Below are positions 38,361 through 52,677 of a stretch of 64,000 nucleotides of DNA, in pieces (position 1 is the stretch's first letter; each line of letters begins with the position of its first letter). Below the pieces are notes generated by a model that was not told the origin of the DNA, did not search any database, and saw nothing but the letters and a program-made list of their open reading frames with translations. The translations under genes were made by a program, and so were the position numbers. The stretch is from Podarcis vaucheri. Its lineage: Eukaryota. Location: assembly GCA_965113315.1 (NCBI GenBank), contig OZ220363.1. One strand, written 5' to 3'.

Positions 38361-38664
38361 TGAGGGAAGAGATGAATGGGATGGCAGGGAATACTGAATG
38401 GGGTGGATCCAGATTTAAGTTAGCTGAGCTTTAGTCCACTGAAATCAAAGGGATTTGAGTTAGGCATGACTAAATTGCCCTATTGATTTCAACGGGACTA
38501 AAACATGCCTAACTGGAACCAGTCCAGTATTTCTAAAGGCAGTCGACAAAGAGAATGTTGGCCAGATTACAAAAGAGGGTGACAGTAGTTAATATAGAGT
38601 AGGGAGATGAATGAAGACAGTGAATACTCCAGGCAGGCTATTGATCTGTGACGTTTGGGATGTA

Positions 38665-39133
38665 CCATATTTTTCACCCCACAGGATGCACTTTTCCCCC
38701 TCCAAAAATGAAGGGGAAATGTGTGTGCGCCCTATGGGGCGAATGCAGGCTTTCGCTGAAGCCTGGAGAGCGAGAGGAGTCGGTGCGCACTGACCCCTCT
38801 TGCTCTCCATGCTTCAGGAAGCTATCCCAAGTCTTGCAAGCCCAGCGGGAGGTCCCGCCAGGTGCGCAAGGCTTGGGGCGGCAGCCTGCAGCCCGAAGCA
38901 CGGGGCGTCCTCCGGAGGATGCCCCGTGCTTCAGGCAGATGTGCGCAAGCCTTGCACGCCCGGGGGAGGTCCCGCCGGGCGCGCAAGGCTTGGGGCGGCA
39001 GCCTGCAGCTCGGGCTTCCCCCACCCCAGCCCCATGGCTGGGGGGGGGGATAATTTTTTAAAAATTCATTCCCCCCCCCAAAAAACGAGGTGCATCCTAT
39101 GGGCCAGTGCGCCTTATAGGGCGAAAAATACGG
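38665..39133. mobile_element. Tc1/mariner (Tigger-like) MITE with GC-rich internal repeats
   Basis: TA|ccatatttttcaccc ... gggcgaaaaatacgg|TA; internal duplicated unit at about 38834 and about 38950. Confidence 0.8.
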
Positions 39134-39150
39134 TAAATGTTTGGAACTTA

Positions 39151-39709
<559 letters not shown>

Positions 39710-39754
39710 TAGGTTAAAGCAACACATTTCTTCCCTCCTTTCCTGCCTAAAATA

Positions 39755-40447
39755 TCATAGAATCATAGAACTATAGAATCAGAAGAATCCCCAAGGGTCA
39801 TCTAGTCCAATCCCCTGCAATGCAGGGATCTCAACGAAAGCATCCATGACAGGTGGCCATCCAACCTCTGCTTAACAACCTCCTGAGGGAGACTGTTCCA
39901 CTGTCGAACGGCTCTTACCAACAGAAAGTTCTTCCTGATGTTTAGTTGGAAACCACCCTACCCTCTGGAGCAGGATAAAACACGCTTGTTCCCTCTTCCA
40001 TGTGGCAGCCCTTTAGATATTTGAATATGGCTATCCTATCTCCTCTCAGTCTCCTCTTAAAGGTAAGGGTAAAGGGACCCATGACCATTAGGTCCAGTTG
40101 TGACCGACTTTGGGGTTGCAGCGCTCATCTCGCTTTTTTGGCCAAGGGAGCTGGCGTACAGCTTCCAGGTCACGTGGCCAGCATGACTGAGCTGCTTCTG
40201 GCAAACCAGAGCAACGCACGGAAACACCGTTTACCTTCCCGCCAGAGCGGTACCTATTTATCTACTTGCACTTTGACGTCCTTTCGAACTGCTAGGTTGG
40301 TAGGAGCAGGGACCGAGCAACGGGAGCTCACCCAGTCACGGGGATTCAAACCGCCAGCCTTTTGATTGGCAAGTCCTAGGCTCTGTGGTTTAACCCACAG
40401 CGCCACCCGCGTCCCAGTCTCCTCTTAGCCAGGCTAAACATACCCAA
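39755..40447 (-). mobile_element. CR1 3' fragment interrupted by a Sauria SINE
   Basis: (catagaat)n tail at the left; reverse CR1 ORF2 end resumes after the SINE (gccaggctaaacatacc). Confidence 0.8.
40060..40415 (-). mobile_element. Sauria SINE, full length
   Basis: 12-bp TSD agtctcctctta (40048-40059, 40416-40427); homologous to 238-597. Confidence 0.88.
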
Positions 40448-40570
40448 TCTTGGGCCAGTAACTGTCTGTCAGCCTGATCAATCTCAATGGGTTGTTGTAA
40501 GAATAGAATGACGAAGAACCATGTAAATTGGCTCAAGATACTTGAGGAAAGGCAGGGTACAGATGTAATA

Positions 40571-41277
40571 CAGTGGTGCCTCGCAAGACGAAATTAATTC
40601 GTTCCGCAAGTTTTTTCTTCTTGCGAGTTTTTCATCTTGCGAAGCACGGTTTCCCATAGGAATGCATTGAAAATCAATTAATGCGTTCCTAGGGAAACCG
40701 CTTGCCAGGCTGGCGGTGCGGAGAAGGGCTTTTCTCCCCACCGCAAGCCTTCAGGACAGGTACGGGAACAGAGGGGAAGGGGCGCAGCGCTTCTCCTCTG
40801 TTCCCGGGGCTTGCGGTGGGAGGAGGGTTTCCCCCCCCCACCGCCAACATTCAGAACAGCATTCTGAATGTTGGCGGTGGGAAGGAAAACCCTCCTCCCA
40901 CCGCAAGTCTTCAGGACAGCCATCCGAAGGCTGGCGCGGGAGGAAGGGCTTTTCTCCCCACCGCCAGCCTTCGGAGGAGCCTTCCGAAGGCTGGCGCGGG
41001 GAGAAGGGCTTTTCTCCCCACCGCCAGCCTTCGGAGGAGCCTTCCGAAGGCTGGCGCGGGGAGAAGGGCTTTCCGCCCCACCGCCAGCCTTCGGAGGAGG
41101 TCCAAGGACAGTGGGGAAGTGCGCTTCCCCACTGTCCCGGAGATTTCCCTATGGGCTTTCGTCTTGCGAAGGAAGCCCATAGGGAAATTCGTTTTGCGAC
41201 GCGCCTCCAAAACGGAAAACCCTTTCGTGTACCGGGTTTTCCGTCTTGCGAGGCGTTCGTCTTGCGGGGCACCACTG
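40571..41277. mobile_element. MITE family B, long copy with 60-bp palindromic tandem array
   Basis: Same TIRs as 39151-39408 and a TA TSD; units start at 40921, 40981 and 41041. Confidence 0.85.
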
Positions 41278-42030
41278 TAAATAAATGATAGCTTCCGTCA
41301 GCATAAGACAAATTCATGGACCATGGGGCTATCAAGAACTACTGGCCCTGGTATCTGTGTCTTATCTCCACTGTCAAAGGCAGCATATCCTTCTGAACGC
41401 CAGTTTCAGGAGAGCACAAATAAGGTGTGTGCTGTTGCTTCTCATAGGCGTCTGATTGGCCACTGTGAGAATAAATAAGAACGCAGTCCAATAAACACAA
41501 GGTCCCATCAGCCACACCCAGCTAGCAGCCACTGGGGATGAATAGGCCTAGCGAGATCAGTAATGTAAATAAATACACAAAGAGGGACAATTACTTTCTG
41601 TCGCAAGCTGCCCACTCCCAGGATTTGTTGAGCTCAAGTTCTACAGTGTTAGATTTGCTAATAAATTCTACATTGGCAGTTTCCCACTGGTGTAATGTAT
41701 AAAGGTGATATTGTGTGATTCCAGCATGCTGCCCCAACCTGGTTTGCTTGCGCAAAACTTACATGGGGGTTAGACTATGTCTTGCCTTTATTGAGCATTT
41801 GTTCCCGTTTGTTTGAGGGGAGGTTATACGACAATGAGCATTCATCCTGATTTCCTTGTGGGGTGTTTACAGTACACAGTATGTCTGTCATTAATCATCT
41901 GTTTATCCCACACTTTTCAGTGCATTTCTCTACTTTCCTACCCCTCCTCCCAAAAAAATCTATTTCTTTGTTACAGTGCATTTGTTGTGCTAGAGCCACA
42001 GAGCACTTTAATTCGCTTTAATTATGGATC

Positions 42031-42436
42031 GCTCTGTTGGTTAGAGCGTGGTGCTGATAATGCCAAGGTTGCAGGTTTGATCCCTGTATGGAACAGCTGC
42101 ATATTCCTGCATATTAGGGGGTTGCACTAGATCAGCGGTAGGCAGCCTTAAGGCCCGGGGGCCGGATTTGGCCCAATCACCTTCTCAATCCGGCCTGCAG
42201 ACGGTCCAGGAATCAGCCTGTTTTTACATGAGTAGAACATGTGCTTTTATTTAAAATGCACCTCTTGGTTATTTGTGGGGCATAGGAATTCGTTCATATT
42301 TTTTTTCAAAATACAGTCCGGCCACCCACATGGTCTGAGGGACAGCGGACTGGCCCACAACTGAAAAAGGTTGCTGACCCCTGGACTAGATGATCCTCAG
42401 AGTCCCTTCCAACTCTTCAATTCTATGATTCTATGA
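42031..42436 (+). mobile_element. tRNA-Ile-derived SINE with CR1-type tail, interrupted by a hAT MITE
   Basis: gttggttagagcgtggtgctgataatgccaaggttgcaggtttgatccc resembles tRNA-Ile(AAU); tail cccttccaactc...attctatgattctatga. Confidence 0.75.
42133..42383. mobile_element. hAT (Charlie-like) MITE
   Basis: TSD cactagat / gactagat (CTAG-centred); a second copy lies at 63201-63439. Confidence 0.82.
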
Positions 42437-42673
42437 ATCCTTCCCACAAAATTCTGGAATTCTGCAAGCGTCTTTTGTATATGAAACTTCCACATAGCTA
42501 TTCCAGTCACTGCAGGCCCCGCACTTCATAGATTTGTCTAATCCTTTTCTAAATCAATGGTTGTGGCTACCACCATTCCATTACAAGCTCCGATACTCTG
42601 GACGGAGCAGGAAGTTCACTTAAATCTCATGCCATCAGACATAATTGGATATTTAATTGCTTCTGCTCTATGA

Positions 42674-42928
<255 letters not shown>

Positions 42929-44071
42929 TAGCAAGTTTTGTGCACTGGAAGTCACACATTCATTCCGTAGTTTAAGATTTCAGGCCCACGGTGGACATCC
43001 ATTCCACATGAATTAGCAATTGCAAATGGCTTTAAAAAGTAAATTGCAAGCGCCTTTGGGAGGCATCCAGATCAAGAACCCAGTGTTTGTGGTGGGATTA
43101 GGGGACTTTAACTCTTCGCCTCCCTGTGTTCCCAGTCCAGATTGGGCCTTCTGTACCTGCATGGCGTGGGGCGCACACCTCCCATTGGAGCAAGTGGGGG
43201 CTCCCCCCATGCCAAGAAAATAGCAGGCAGCAGAGGGCCCAGTCCAGATTTGAACCCCAGCAGGAGGGGTCAGGCCAAAGGTTGAAGCCCCATTCCCTCT
43301 GCGGCGGGGTCCCAATTGGATCAGGCCTCTCATGCCCACACTTGACCTTTAGCAATTGCCTGGGGGTCTTTTTAATCTCATAGATGATGTCTTGTCTACT
43401 ATGGTCCTCAGGCAGCAGTTTGGGCAAGACCTTTGCCCAGGGGCAGCCAATGTGATGAAGCTCCAGACATCTTGGGCTACAACTCCCATGATCCCTGGCA
43501 GCCCTGTTTAGGGAAGTTTTTAATGTTTGAAGTTTTATTCTGTTTTTAATGTTCTCTTGAAAGCCGCCCAGGGTGGCTGGGGTAGAAATAAATTATTATT
43601 ATTATTATCATCATCATCATCATCATCATCATCAACATGCTGCTTGGAGTTGATGGGGTTTTTAGTCCACAACATCTGGAGGGCACAAAGTTGGCTACTC
43701 CTGCTTTTGTCTGAAGACTTGGATAATGTTTTGCTGTTCAGCATAGACAGCACTAGGCTAGCCAAGGGTTTGTCAAACCTTGGTTCCCAAATGGCTCCGT
43801 TTCAGTTCCCAAACTCTGAAAACCCAGAAGTAAATGCTTGAAAACGTTTTTTGGAAGTCGAACATCTGACACAGCTTCCGTTTGAGTATAATAAGCTCTT
43901 GCAACCAATCAGAAGCCGCGCCTTGGTTGTTGAACATTTCAGAAGCTGAACAGGTTTCCGGAATGGATTACGTTTGACAACCGAGGTTTGACTGTAGTTT
44001 CATATGTTCACTTTTTGCCCCCTTTCCACCTCCTACTCCTGCAACCCAGGCATAGGAACCAACTCCTAGGA

Positions 44072-44207
44072 CAGGCATCCCCAACCTGTGGCCCTCCAGA
44101 TGTTTTGGACTACAATTCCCATCATCCCTGACCATTGGTCCTGCTAGCTAGGGATCATGGGAGTTGTAGGCCAAAACATCTGGAGGGCCACAGGTTGGGG
44201 ATGCCTG
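44072..44207. mobile_element. Short hairpin hAT MITE
   Basis: Near-perfect 136-bp palindrome caggcatccccaacctgtggccctccagatgttttgg...; TSD tcctagga / tcctaggg. Degenerate relatives at about 2280, 3330, 3950, 14420, 43450, 45170, 47234, 54930 and 55430. Confidence 0.85.
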
Positions 44208-44486
44208 TCCTAGGGAATGAGGTCCTTTTGGCCCTCCCAATAAAATATTTTAGGGGGTTGCCCTCCCCCCGAGTTGATGGGCATTGCTATTCAAATGGTG
44301 TGCATGTGCTGTGCCTTGTGATTATGTGGGGTGTGGCTCACCTGTCCCCATCCCACCCCAACATTCAAGTTGGCATCCCTGGACCCAGGCTGCCTCCAGG
44401 TTTTCCTACAACCTGCTTTATTTGCCCCTTTGCCCCATTTTATTTTCCTGGTAACTTTAGGGTAACGTTTTGCTTCTTTGGGATAG

Positions 44487-44660
<174 letters not shown>

Positions 44661-45422
44661 TAGCCGTTTAAACCTGGTTTACGATGCCTTCTGAAACCAA
44701 TGCCTTGACATACATAGGTGTATCTGACCTAGCATGCCTCAGTGTTTCCTGCTCTCTGCTACGTTACTTGGGAAGTGTGTGGCCCACCACGATGGGAACC
44801 GTGCTTGATGGTAGGATGCAAGAATCTGGATTGTGTTGCTTTTGCGTTAATTCCAGCAGCACTTACCTCTCCACCCCAGTGAAAGGTTAGCATGAATATA
44901 AAACTGCTCTCACAGCTTTGGAAGTCTAAAAGTAGCAAAGTCAAGCCCACAAAACCAGAATAAAACATGGAAGTAGGCAACTTTCCTATTTAACAAAATA
45001 TGATTACTTATTATTATTATTATTCTTTAGCAGAACTTGGAAGTTTTGGATGAGTGTGTATTTGTGTGTAAAAGCAAAGAGGAAAGGTAATGACAGTCCT
45101 AAGAGGAACATTGTGAAGCAATGCTTCTGTGCTATAATTTGGAGGTTGGATGAGTCCTTTAAGATATCACAGGGGGGGAACCAGTTGTTTTTGGACTCCA
45201 ACTCCCATCAGCTCCAGCCAGGCTACCCAGTAGTCAAGTATGATGGGTGTTGGAGTCCAACAACATCTGGGCAGCCACAGTTTTCCCACTCCTGATTCAG
45301 CCTTTCAGGTTCTTTGCTGATATAAGGCCCCCAGCACCTCTTTGCTAGTCTGCTTCACAGGTAAGAAGTTCTGTAAATGCCAGAGGACCATGGGGTATCT
45401 TTCTACAGGCCATCTGTACTGA

Positions 45423-45713
<291 letters not shown>

Positions 45714-45955
45714 TGAAACAAAGGCACATGTTATTGGCATGCAAGGTAATATACGTGGATTTGCCCTATTTCCCCCCTGTGTGGAAGTTCTTTCCATGTT
45801 GAAGGATCTTGTGATATTTGAAACTGCCGTGGAGAACATTTAAGGGCAGCTCCTGCTCCCTGAAAATTGGGCCATAGAACCCAAGTACAATTGGGCTGTT
45901 GCTTTATGATAGTTGCAGCCTTTGTGTCTATGTATCCCACCTTTTATACTGACTA

Positions 45956-46197
45956 CAGTGGTACCTCGGGTTACATACGCTTCAGGTTACATACGCTTCA
46001 AGTTACAGACTCCGCTAACCCAGAAATAGTACCTCGGGTTAAGAACTTTGCTTCAGGATGAGAACAGAAATCGTGCAGCGGCGGTGCAGTGGCAGCGGGA
46101 GGCCCCATTAGCTAAAGTGGTCCTTCATGTTAAGAAGAGTTTCAGGTTAAGAACAGACCTCCGGAGCGAATTAAGTATGTAACCAGAGGTACCACTG
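45956..46197 (+). mobile_element. MITE family A, copy 7
   Basis: TA-flanked, same interior. Confidence 0.88.
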
Positions 46198-46606
46198 TAC
46201 TTGAGATTTGTTCAGACTCAGAATCAAGAAGTTAGTATTGATTTCAGCTTTTGGTTCTATAGGCTGGTGCTGGCATCTAGTGGCTGGTACAAGAAATGCC
46301 TCTCACAATAAAAGGTTTGTGAACACCGCTGCATCTTAAATCAAACGCTGGACCTGACCAAGGCTGCTAGTTAGTAAAATACTTCCTGAGCCCATTGGTT
46401 CCACTTTTTGCTTAGATCATGTTATCAATCGCATTTTAGTCAAGTAGCACGATCACCTGAAACAACATAGGGGAGGACATTTTCCACACAAGCATCATTT
46501 GCAGAGTCTGTATATTTAAATATGTCCTTAAGTACTACTACTGGTTATTTATGAAATGTGTATACTGCCCTTCATCCACCCTCCTGCCCTGAAAGGGCTT
46601 ATCTGA

Positions 46607-46792
<186 letters not shown>

Positions 46793-47778
46793 CCCCAAAC
46801 TTAAGAAGCACCTAGTATATCATAGTGTTCGAATGCAGTCTTTCTCTTGGAATTACCAGATCAAGGGCAGCCTGGCCCTGCAAACACGGCTTGGAACTTG
46901 TCAGCGCCCTTTCCGAGAATGCGAGAGGGAATTTTCACCATCTTGAGCTGCTTTTCAATGTTTACCTTTTTCTCTTTTTCACTGCTGAAGACAATCAAAA
47001 GCTGGACTCCTACAAGTCTTAATATATATATATTGTGAAGCTTCTGGGATAGTTCCTATTTCAGGAGTATGTTTGGTGTTTGTAGGAAGATTCTCGCCAC
47101 TTGATTTGTACATACCTGCAAACCTCCAGAGACTTCATCTACTGACTGCACTGGAACAACATTCCTCTCGCAGGATGGTATTTGTTCTTTAAAACACATT
47201 TGAAGGTAGATGTCCTTACTTTAACCTGAAAACAGGCTTCTCCAACTTGGTGCCCTTTAGATGATTTGGATTGTGATACTTGGGGCTGATGAGAGATGGA
47301 GTCCAAATCATCTGGATGGCATAAGCTTGGCAATGGGCTTCCCTAAACCAATCATCTCATCTCATGTATGGGCTACTTGATCCTGTTGCAAAAGACTCTT
47401 CTACCTTGTTTCCTTTCAAATCATTTTTCCAGGACTTTCTTTCTTTCTACAGTCGGGACTAATATGGGGCCTGTGGCTTTTCAAACCTTAAGAATGGTCT
47501 GTCATTTCACAATCTTACACCAGCTGGCAAGCAGCGCTTCATGGCAGACATTTCTCCAGAGATGCTGGAACCTGATGCTTGAAACTCCATGGCATGTAAA
47601 CGTAGTGCCTTCTCCAGCGAAGACTGGAAGTAGAAGGCAGCACAACGGTTGTCCCGATAAGAACTTCAGTTTGCTTATATCAAGGCCCCTCTAAGTACAC
47701 TGGACTTGACCAAGGATACGGCCTTGAGGCAGCTGCTGGGTGGTGTTTTTCACCAGCTCTGAATTCTGTAGCAAGGTC

Positions 47779-47784
47779 AATAAA
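47779..47784 (+). terminator. Candidate PAK6 polyadenylation signal
   Basis: AATAAA about 1 kb after the stop codon, followed about 30 nt later by GU/U-rich tgtttgttttg. Confidence 0.45.
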
Positions 47785-50700
47785 ACGTTGAAGCTCTCCC
47801 ATTCCACTGAACAATGTTTGTTTTGCCAGTGAGAATGTTAAGACTCTCTGCCTACCTCCTATGTTGTTGAGAATAGGGGAAATGCATGGAACAGAGTTTA
47901 AATGTGTGCTCACGGTTCTATAATCTCCTGGATGTAGGTGGACCACTTCTAATATTCTTATCTAAGGTTGATGCAGAAATTTTATATGGTTAAGTCTTAT
48001 CTGTGTAATGTCCAGATCAGTTGGCACCGATTAGTTTAGGTTGTATTATGTGTGTTACTGTGTGGAGCATAGTTGTAACATAACTGGAATTCAGTTTTGT
48101 GATACATTTGGGCAGGAGTTATGGAAAGTGGGGAGGGCTAGCTTGGAGGGGGTCAGGTGTCACTTCTACTGCCTCAGAATCTGCCCTTACACAATCCACC
48201 AAGTGGTAAACATATGAAAACGTGTAAAAACAGCAACAACAAAAAACTTGAAATATTGTGGGGAGAGCTTGTTGTAAAATATGTCTGTATGTTCCAGGAA
48301 TCCTGTGCAAAAAACTCCCAGGTTTCTTCCTTCCTTCTTTTTAACTTAATTATCTGAAACAAATATTTCTTCTTTCTGTGAGTTGTTTGCATTTGTTGTT
48401 TTAAATTAAAACACAATTTTGATTATTCATAAACCCATTGCAATGTTGAAATGTTTTTGAAAAACGCGTTTATCCTTATTCCAAAGTGCTCCACAGAGTT
48501 CCTAACTCAAAAACCTGCCACAGAAAAGTTTCAGGCCTATAAACTTGACAGACAAGTCAGTGGCCCAAATGAGTTCCATGTGGTTTCAGGCCAAAATGGC
48601 CAACAAGGCAGTGAGGGGTGTGTGAAGTCCATTTGGCCAATAGTGCTTTATTATGGAAGTGGATGGCAGCAATGAGGCACAGGTGCAGCCCTGCCATTTG
48701 AAAGGACAGGGATCTTCAAAAAAGGGCCCCCTGGAGCGAGGTATGATCCTATTGTTGTACTCTGGAGGCAAGGGAATATAGGTTCTGCAGATGCCTCACT
48801 CCATTATAGATCCCGAAGATCTAGTTGTTTGTTTTTAATTGGAACAATACATAGAAGCAGCACTACTTTAAAAAGAGCATGCAGCTTTTTTTTAACGGAA
48901 AATCCCCACCCCACCTGCCAGCAGTTAACAACCACAAAATACAAGTTTCTGTAACTCAATGTTCTCTTATTCTTCTGAAGATGTGTCAGATGCCAAGAAG
49001 CTTCTCTGGCTGCACAAACACAGAAAAAACACAGAGCACAACCTAGCAAAAGCATTTCATGACAAACACCATGTAAATCAGTGGAACTCCTTTGTTTTCA
49101 GGGGCCTTCGTCACAGAACTACCTTACTAGAATGTGCCTATAAATCATTTGTGCAGAAACATAAAAGTTTGAATTTAAACTATAAAATCCAACCCAAGTA
49201 GCAGACAATGGGCACCATCTTCTGAAAATAAAAAAGGCTTGTGACTAGGGGTGGGGGAGACATTCAATTCACCTAGCTTTTAGAGCCAAATTTGCACTTT
49301 CTGAAACGGTATGAAGACCAGAACACAGCCATCCTTTGAAATTTGCGCCTATCCAAATTTTGCAATACAGTTCTCCAATTAAACAATCTGTACACAAGTG
49401 CACAAAAATGAGTGTGCTGAAAAATAACATAAATGCGTCTTAGGAAAAATTGCTTGCAGAAATGTGCACCTTAGTCAAAAGTGCAGACCAAAATACAGTA
49501 TGTTTATTAGGAGAAATTTGCACGAAAATGCTGAAGAAAAAAAATCACAAATCGTTGCAGAAATGTGGATAACCTGAATTTAAGATTGGAAAAGTATGGA
49601 ACAGAGAGAAGTGAAATGGAAAGATCCTTCCTCCATACTTGTGACTGATGAAAACAAAAAGTAATCCCAAAATGAATATGGAGGTTACTCTGCTACTGAA
49701 TTCCTAAAAGGGAGGGGGTGTCATTTCTGAGGACACATAATCTGATTGTATTATTTATTTTATTTATTAAATTTATATATTTCCCTTTATCTGAAGACCT
49801 CAGAGCAGTTCACAAGATAAATATACAGGATAAAAGCACAAAATAAATAGTTATAACCAAAACAAAACAATAACCCCCTCTTCCTACAACACATTTAAAG
49901 GCTGTGGAATATTAATCCACGAAAGTAGACAGGGGGAAATGTTTACCCAGCAATGGATTCCTTAGAAAGAAAGAGCCATACAATTAGCAAGAAACTAGTT
50001 TTATTGCATTCTGTAGAAGGTCAGCTTGATAAGCTACATAACCCTTTACCAGAACAAACCAACATTTGAAAGAAGAAAATTCTGAGTCCATCCTGCTGTA
50101 AACACAATGTGCTTTTAAAAAAGAGAAACAAAAGGAACAAGTCAAGGTTTTCATAGACACTGGAAGTTCAACACTGAATGCATACAAGTGAGAGCATCTG
50201 CCAGTAAATGAAACCAGTATGTTAGACAGTGGGTATGGAACTGACATTGTGTTATTGCTACACACTGCATTTTGCAGTCAGTGTCCCTTTTAATGGCCTG
50301 GATCAAAGCTTTACAATGTGTTTCTGAATTGTGCAGTCGATGCTACTAAAATGCAACTCCTAGAATCCTGGCTCTAAGAAATTCATAGATGGGGATCAGG
50401 TGCAGACTCATCAGATGGACACCAATGCAGCTTCAACTCTATTTCTGAAGTGGAAAACCGTATTACTACAATTTACAAAGGAAAGGAAAATGAAAGAAAA
50501 TGATCATGCACTATTATCTAAACTTGCTAATAATTTTCCAAGTTAGTATGTGCTTTTCAAGTGAACTGCCCTCCTATCTTCAAAAACTTAACCACCCCAT
50601 GTGTTTTTTTTAAAGTTTTGACAATAACAAATCAATCCCCGTTTAAATCTGAAATCTCAAAAAACAAACAAGCAAAACCAGGTAGCAAGTGATGTAGCAG

Positions 50701-51038
50701 ACAGACCCCTCCCTGAGAGTCCAGGAGAGCTGCTGCCAGACAGTAAGGCTGCAATGCTAAACCATGTCTAACCAGAAATGAGTACTGTTGAATTCAGTGG
50801 GCCTGAGAAATCCAGGAATGGATTCCCCAATGTAATTCTCTTTTGTTAAAAGCTGCCCAAAGAAACAGAATTTGGATTGGGGTTGTTATACCAGGGAAGG
50901 TATAACAACAGCAAATAAATATCTAAATACATTAACCACCACCTAATAAATAATATACTATTAACTAACAAAAAATTAAATATGTAAATAAAGCAATAAC
51001 ACCAACAACGTGTTCCAATAACTCATCCAGTTGAAACT

Positions 51039-51439
51039 GGGATGCAGGTGGCGATGTGGTCTAAATTACTGAGCCTCTTTGGGCTTGCCGATTAGAAGGT
51101 TGGAGGTTCAAATCCCCGCAATGGAGTGAGCTCCTGTTGCTCTGTCTCTGCTTCTGCCAACCTCGCAGTTCAAAAGCATGCCAGCGCAAGTGGACAAATA
51201 GGTCTGCAGCAGGAAGGTAAACGGCATTCCATGCGCTCTGACTTCCGTCACGGTGTCCCGTTGAGCCAGAAGCGGTTTAGTCATGCTGGCCGCATGACCC
51301 GGAAAGCTGTCTGTGGACAAACACTGGCTCCCTTGGCCGGAAAGTGAGATTAGCGCCGCAACCCCATAGTTGCCGTTGACTGGACTTAACTGCCCAGGAG
51401 TCCTTTACCTTCCCTTAACTTTACCTTCCCTTTACCTTA
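51039..51439 (+). mobile_element. Sauria SINE (older copy)
   Basis: gggatgcaggtggcgatgtggtctaa head and (accttt/accttc)n tail. Confidence 0.85.
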
Positions 51440-52677
51440 GTCACAGAAGGGGGCTGGGGAGACAGGGACAACATGAGCCCTTATCATTTCCCCCCTCTGT
51501 GGCTAAATAACAGCTGATCTGATCACACAACTCCCACTTCACACCTTGTTTGTCCTTCCCTGTTACTTTCAGAGTTCATGCAATGTCACTAAATAAATAA
51601 AACTTGAACAAAAAATGCCGCAAAAAGTGAAAGGCCACAAACATCCCAACACACCCCACTGAAATCATTTCAGGCAAATGTGGCATCTAGTTACAAATAA
51701 ATTTCTATATTATTAAGGCTTGTTTGCTGGATTCAAAGACAATGTACAGGAGTGCAATTCCATTTAGATAAAGAAATCCACACAGATATAAGTGGACAAG
51801 AAAACATCTCCTAAGAATCAGACATGGTGCAAAATCTTCAGAAGCCCTTACAGAAACTGCCATGAAAATGTAGCAATCTGGACATCATATAGACACTCTT
51901 GTTCTTTACCAAAATGACCACTGATCCATTTCACCCATTACAGAAAGAAGCATACTCAGAAAATGCAAAATTTTTATTTTGCTGTGGTGCCCTGAACTGA
52001 CCTTTCAGCACTTTTAGCCAGGTTCACCGTTAGTTTTACTTGACTGTTCTCTGTATACTGTACAGCGATAGGTTACCAATATTTTTTTTTCATAGCTGTA
52101 AGATATTAGGGTTTGACAAAATGGTACTTTGCCATCCATGGATGAGGCTCCTGAGATTTTCCACCTGCACATTTTGCCCCAAAACGGTACATAAATTCTT
52201 GAGAGGGGCAAAGATAGCTCTGGCAACAACGGAAACTGATGAATGTGTAGGTGACAATGACATTTTGTGCTTTTAGGTTGATTTTAAAGGAAGTACATTT
52301 CGACCCTCTTGCTGAAATCGACGAGACCCTTACGCCCAATCATTCTAGAACATTCTTGACAAGAGAAAGAAGTAAATAACAATTCATCGCACCTTATTAC
52401 AGTGCACATTGCTACTTGTTTCAACTAAATAAAATCTAACACCTGCGCTTCCCGGGTGCTGTTCAAATCGGGAGCCTCGGGATGTGCGGAGGCGCTCCGA
52501 ATCCGCCCGCGGGCAACGATGCAATGGTCCAAATGGTCACTGACGAAGCGGCCGGCACGTCGGAACACTCTGGATCCGCGGGCAGAAGCAACGCCTGCGA
52601 GGCGCAGCGGGAGCTGGCGGCGCCGAGGGGACGCGCAGCAGGAGCCGGGAGCAGCGCGCGCTTCCCGCCCTCGCCGC

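Noticed and set aside
40702-41335. 190-aa repetitive ORFs; CRISPR-like appearance of the 60-bp array
   Set aside because: Products of GC-rich tandem units inside a MITE. There are no unique spacers or cas genes, and the context is eukaryotic.
42031-42100. tRNA-Ile gene (and tRNA-like heads at about 1355, 13095, 20335, 57645, 62480)
   Set aside because: Degenerate stems, and most continue directly into SINE bodies or tails; these are SINE heads, not tRNA genes.
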